A DNA stretch of 64,000 bases from an uncultured Gemmatimonadales bacterium. Lineage in GTDB: Bacteria > Gemmatimonadota > Gemmatimonadetes > Gemmatimonadales > Gemmatimonadaceae. Positions within the stretch are counted from its first letter, which is position 1, and the number at the start of each line of letters is the position of its first letter. A model generated the notes under the pieces. It saw only the letters and a list, made by a program, of their open reading frames with translations. It was not told the origin of the DNA and searched no databases. This document shows positions 60,559-64,000 of the stretch, piece by piece. The position numbers and the translations under genes are program-made. Location: NCBI GenBank assembly GCA_963850905.1, contig CAWKMU010000004.1, forward strand, positions 1 to 64,000, in the 5' to 3' direction.

Positions 60559-61119
60559 CTACTTTCTCGGGCGCGTAGCGCCCGACGCCAACGCCCCGAC
60601 CTTTAGCACGGTGTTCCAATTGCGGGCCGTTCCGCGCACGCCAAGCTTGGAGTCGATGAGCGCAGGGGTCAGGCGCGACTGACCGATGCCGGCGGGATAC
60701 ACGATGTAGAGATCACGGCCCACGCCCTCGACGCGCTCCGGGCCAATGATCGCCGACCGCAACGCATCGACTGCGCCCGCCGCCGGTGAGGTCTTGAGGC
60801 ACACCGCGACGAGATGCGCCGGATCACGCTTCGCCTCCTCCGGAAAGGGATTCGCCGCAATGAGGGCCTTCCACTCCCTGGCGCTGCGCACGCAGATGCC
60901 CGTCCGCACGCCGAGTTGCGCCGCGACCGCATCTTCCAGCCAGCGCTCCAAGGCGCTCCCCGTGCGGTGCCCGCCACCAAATACCACGTTGCCGCTCTGC
61001 AACAATGTCTGCACGTCGACACATCCAAGCTCGGTCAGACATTCCCGCAACGCCGCCATCTTCACGGCTTTGTGACCGCCCAAGTTGACGCCGCGGAGCA
61101 GCGCAATGTGCCGAAGCAT
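60559..61119 (-). CDS. DUF1697 family protein
   Basis: ALLRGVNLGG, VQTLLQSGNVVF, TARNWNTV. Confidence 0.9.
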   Translation of the reverse strand: MLRHIALLRGVNLGGHKAVKMAALRECLTELGCVDVQTLLQSGNVVFGGGHRTGSALERWLEDAVAAQLGVRTGICVRSAREWKALIAANPFPEEAKRDPAHLVAVCLKTSPAAGAVDALRSAIIGPERVEGVGRDLYIVYPAGIGQSRLTPALIDSKLGVRGTARNWNTVLKVGALASGATRPRK

Positions 61120-61528
61120 AGAGAAGGATATCGGCAGCTCGGCCCAATTCCTCCGTTTGGTCTCACCCCACCCCGGAAGCCGACTCGAGATGTCCGCCGG
61201 ATGTTTCGCCGCCGGACGACAAACGACTCAGGGTCAGGGTGTCGGTCCGCCACCCGGTTGATGCGACTGGACTGTGGCGGCGCCGCATCGATTCATCACG
61301 TGGCGTAACCCCACGCGGCCACTCGGATGCCCCCATACCCTGTCGAGGAGGAAATAACCACCGAGTGCGGTTGGGCCTGCTGATTGCAGGACGACGGACG
61401 CCATGCCCTCGAACGGCGGCGCTTCCGCAGTGACGTTCCCTTCTCATCAAGCGCCCCGCGAAGCGGGAGGCGACGTGATGATCGGGGGGACGCATCCCAA
61501 TGTCGCGGGCGACACCGCAGCATCACTC

Positions 61529-62104
61529 ATGACCGATCGGCAGCCCGTCGATCTGAACGACGTGATGGTGGGGCGGCGTTCATGCCGGTCCTTTGGCCCG
61601 ACCCCGGTTTCGGATACGGTCATCGCCTCGTTGCTCGATCTCGCGCGGCATGCGCCATCCTCGATGAATGGCCAGCCGTGGCACTTCCTCGTGGTACGAG
61701 AGTGCGAGAGCAAGGCACGCCTCGCCGAGATCAAGAATCACTATTGCCCGGCGGCCAAACAGCAGTACCGGGCTGACTTTCTCGCCGATACCCCTGCGGT
61801 CGTCGTGGTCTGCGTCGACCTGGCCCGGTCCTTTGGCCGGCACCTCGAGGACGGCGTCCTGGCGGCGTTCTCCATCATGCTGGCGGCGACTCGCCACGGT
61901 CTTGGCACCGTCTACCTCTCCGCGCTAAGCGCCGAGGAGCCCGGTCTGACCGCCGACATTCGTCAGCTGTTCGCGATTCCCGATTCGATTCTGCCGGTCT
62001 CGCTCATCCCGCTTGGCTATCCCACCGGAGAGGCCGACGTGAAGGTCCTTCGCCCTCTTCAGGACATGATCCATTATGACCGCTTCGGCTGTCCGAACCT
62101 CTGA
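61529..62104 (+). CDS. Nitroreductase-family protein
   Basis: RRSCRSF, APSSMNGQPWHFLVV, GLGT, IPLGYP. Confidence 0.9.
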   Translation: MTDRQPVDLNDVMVGRRSCRSFGPTPVSDTVIASLLDLARHAPSSMNGQPWHFLVVRECESKARLAEIKNHYCPAAKQQYRADFLADTPAVVVVCVDLARSFGRHLEDGVLAAFSIMLAATRHGLGTVYLSALSAEEPGLTADIRQLFAIPDSILPVSLIPLGYPTGEADVKVLRPLQDMIHYDRFGCPNL

Positions 62105-63362
62105 TCGCCGGGGCCTGGCGTACGGCCCCGCGTCCGACGCGGCCGTTGCCGTCCCGGCCAGCCGCACGCGGTCCCAGCTCGCGGACTGGATCGATCGCGA
62201 CGTCCCTGCGACACAGAGCATCGTCCTTCGATACCGCCACGCGTTTGCATTCGGCGAGCCGTCCGTCGACCGACTGTTCAAGGACCTGCTCGCCGCCGCC
62301 AGCATTCGTGAAGGCGCCCGCATCGTCCCGCTCGTCCGCTACAAGGGAGTGGATATCTGGCTCATGGACGAGACGTCCATGATGCACAGCCGGACGCTCA
62401 AGTCCATCGACGGATGCGTCACCACCGCGCGCTGCAAGCTCGGCGGGGTGGACCGCGTGGTGCTCGAGACAGGCGGCAACACGGGCTCGGCGCTCACCGC
62501 TTATGGAACCCGCTGCGGACTCGATACCTATTGCTTCGTCCCCGCCGAAAATCTCTCGCTGCTCGACAGTAAAGCGTTTGCCTCACCCCGCGCCCACCTG
62601 GTCGCCGTCGAGGACCCCGGATCGGTCAAGCCGGCGGCGCGAGCGTTCGGTGAAATGCACGGCCTCACACACATCCCAAAGGTTGCCTGGCGCTACAATG
62701 CGTCGCGCTTTCGCGGGATGCTCATCCTGGAACACGGTCTCGAGGACGGTCGCTTCGACTGGATCGCGCAAAGCATCAGCGCCGCCTTCGGTCCAATTGG
62801 GATCTATTGGACGCTCCGGCATTTCGGCGCGAAGGGCGGCCGTTTGCCGCGCTTCCTCGGCGTTCAGCAGCGAGCGAATTGCCCGATGTACCGGTCGTGG
62901 GCCGGCCGACGCAAGACGCTCCGCGCCACGACGCTCACATCGACGAGCGGCCTGCTCGCCCGGACAATGTACGATGTCAAGCCTCACACATATGGCACGT
63001 ACCGCGAGCTCGTCGGCCTGTTGGAGGAAACCAGAGGCGAGTTGCTCACGGTCGACCACGCCGAATTCGACCGATTCCTGACCACTGATCTCGGCGGGCA
63101 ATCGGTGCGCGAGTTGCTCGTGGCGCTCAGTATCGACGTCGGCCAGAGCGTGGTCGAGAAAACGGGGCTCATGGCACTGGCCGGCACACTCAAGCTCATC
63201 GATGCCGGTGAGGTACCCCGCGGGAAGCGTATCCTGTGCTGCCTGACGAGTGGCATCCCAACCGGCGACGGACAAGCGACCCCTGAGTTCACGATTCGGA
63301 ATCTCCACAGTGTCCTCGGCGACTACAGCGAGCAGGTGATGCAGGTCGACGCGCGTGCGTGA
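62076..63362 (+). CDS. Fold-type II PLP-dependent enzyme (divergent threonine synthase-like)
   Basis: DET...SRTLKS (PLP Lys), ETGGNTGSAL, LPRFLGVQ, C-terminal CCLTSG. Confidence 0.75.
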   Translation: MTASAVRTSDRRGLAYGPASDAAVAVPASRTRSQLADWIDRDVPATQSIVLRYRHAFAFGEPSVDRLFKDLLAAASIREGARIVPLVRYKGVDIWLMDETSMMHSRTLKSIDGCVTTARCKLGGVDRVVLETGGNTGSALTAYGTRCGLDTYCFVPAENLSLLDSKAFASPRAHLVAVEDPGSVKPAARAFGEMHGLTHIPKVAWRYNASRFRGMLILEHGLEDGRFDWIAQSISAAFGPIGIYWTLRHFGAKGGRLPRFLGVQQRANCPMYRSWAGRRKTLRATTLTSTSGLLARTMYDVKPHTYGTYRELVGLLEETRGELLTVDHAEFDRFLTTDLGGQSVRELLVALSIDVGQSVVEKTGLMALAGTLKLIDAGEVPRGKRILCCLTSGIPTGDGQATPEFTIRNLHSVLGDYSEQVMQVDARA

Positions 63363-64000
63363 GACCGGGCCGGCAGTCGCGCTGCGCGACGTCACGCTTC
63401 GCGAAGGACTCGACACCCCCGGTGTCGCCTTCACGAGAAGTCAGCGAGCAACAATTGCCCGCGCCCTTGCTACTGCTGGCATTCGTGAGCTCGAGGTGGT
63501 CGCACCGAGCCGCGTCCGGGCCGACGTCGGGATCGCCGCCGGCATCCGTGATATCGGCACGCCGGTCCGGCTGACGGGCTTGATCTATGCTTTCGCACCA
63601 ACGGCGGAACAAGACGTGTGCGCGACGGTCGGCGTGTTGGATCACATCGACCTGTTGGTGCCACTCGCCGCAGCGCGCGGACCGGCGAGCACCGATGCGA
63701 AACGCGACCGTCTCCTCGAGGTGCTTGCGATGGCGCGCAACGTGGGTGCAGAGACGGGTGTCGGCTTTCCACACGCCACCCAGGTGGAACCATCGATCGT
63801 CGCCGAGCTCGCGGCGGCGGCCGCGGCCGCTGGCGCGACGCGCGTGACCATCTACGACACCAATGGCAGTGCAACGCCGGCCACCGTCCGATCCCTCGTT
63901 GCCGCGGTCGGCCGGGGCGTCGCCATCGACATCTTTTACCACGGCCACAATGACCTGGGGCTCGCAACCGCCAATGCCCTGGCGGCTGTAGATGCCGGCG
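63355..64000 (+). CDS. DRE-TIM metallolyase (LeuA/homocitrate synthase-like), truncated by the window end; not in the ORF track
   Basis: From GTG at 63355: LRDVTLREGLDTPGVAF...IYDTNG...HGHNDLGLATANALAA, all in one frame. Confidence 0.88.
   Translation, partial: MRETGPAVALRDVTLREGLDTPGVAFTRSQRATIARALATAGIRELEVVAPSRVRADVGIAAGIRDIGTPVRLTGLIYAFAPTAEQDVCATVGVLDHIDLLVPLAAARGPASTDAKRDRLLEVLAMARNVGAETGVGFPHATQVEPSIVAELAAAAAAAGATRVTIYDTNGSATPATVRSLVAAVGRGVAIDIFYHGHNDLGLATANALAAVDAG

Noticed and set aside
61440..61485. SAM-I riboswitch suggested by CTCATCAAG...GATGA
   Set aside because: The GCAACC and GGTGC core elements and the four-way junction are missing.
1..64000. CRISPR array, cas genes, rRNA or anti-phage defence genes
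   Set aside because: I saw no repeat-spacer periodicity and no diagnostic protein motifs.

Overview
High-GC bacterial DNA; the small-protein families suggest Gemmatimonadota, which is an inference. Positions 1 to ~42.6 kb form an accessory island ending at a tRNA-Ser(TGA) gene. Its right end carries an integrative mobilizable element backbone: tyrosine integrase, excisionase-like HTH, Rep-like gene with internal iteron-like repeats, MobC, relaxase and an ECF-type sigma factor. Its cargo includes general-stress genes (csbD, yciF-like, yihY), a lipoprotein PQQ dehydrogenase with the lanthanide-type D-Y-D motif plus cytochrome c, a broken bacteriophytochrome, an NRAMP-like/MntR module, a TonB receptor, and a DUF2946-like leader followed by copC, copD and a fatty acid hydroxylase. 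IS elements present: three near-identical 1469-bp IS30-family copies, two IS3 copies each interrupted by that IS30, one intact ISNCY-type element and an IS21 relic. Beyond ~44.2 kb the DNA looks like core genome: B12 radical SAM, kdpFABC with a porin, amidohydrolase, cupredoxin, CocE/NonD hydrolase, methyltransferase, GNAT, and the start of a nitroreductase/PLP enzyme/DRE-TIM operon. The most striking signal is that the IS30 element sits in the IS3 catalytic H-S-D-R-G-x-Q-Y codons twice, and its third, unrelated site reproduces CAT-TCN-GAY at exactly the same distance and orientation. This suggests an IS that specifically targets the active-site codons of other transposases.
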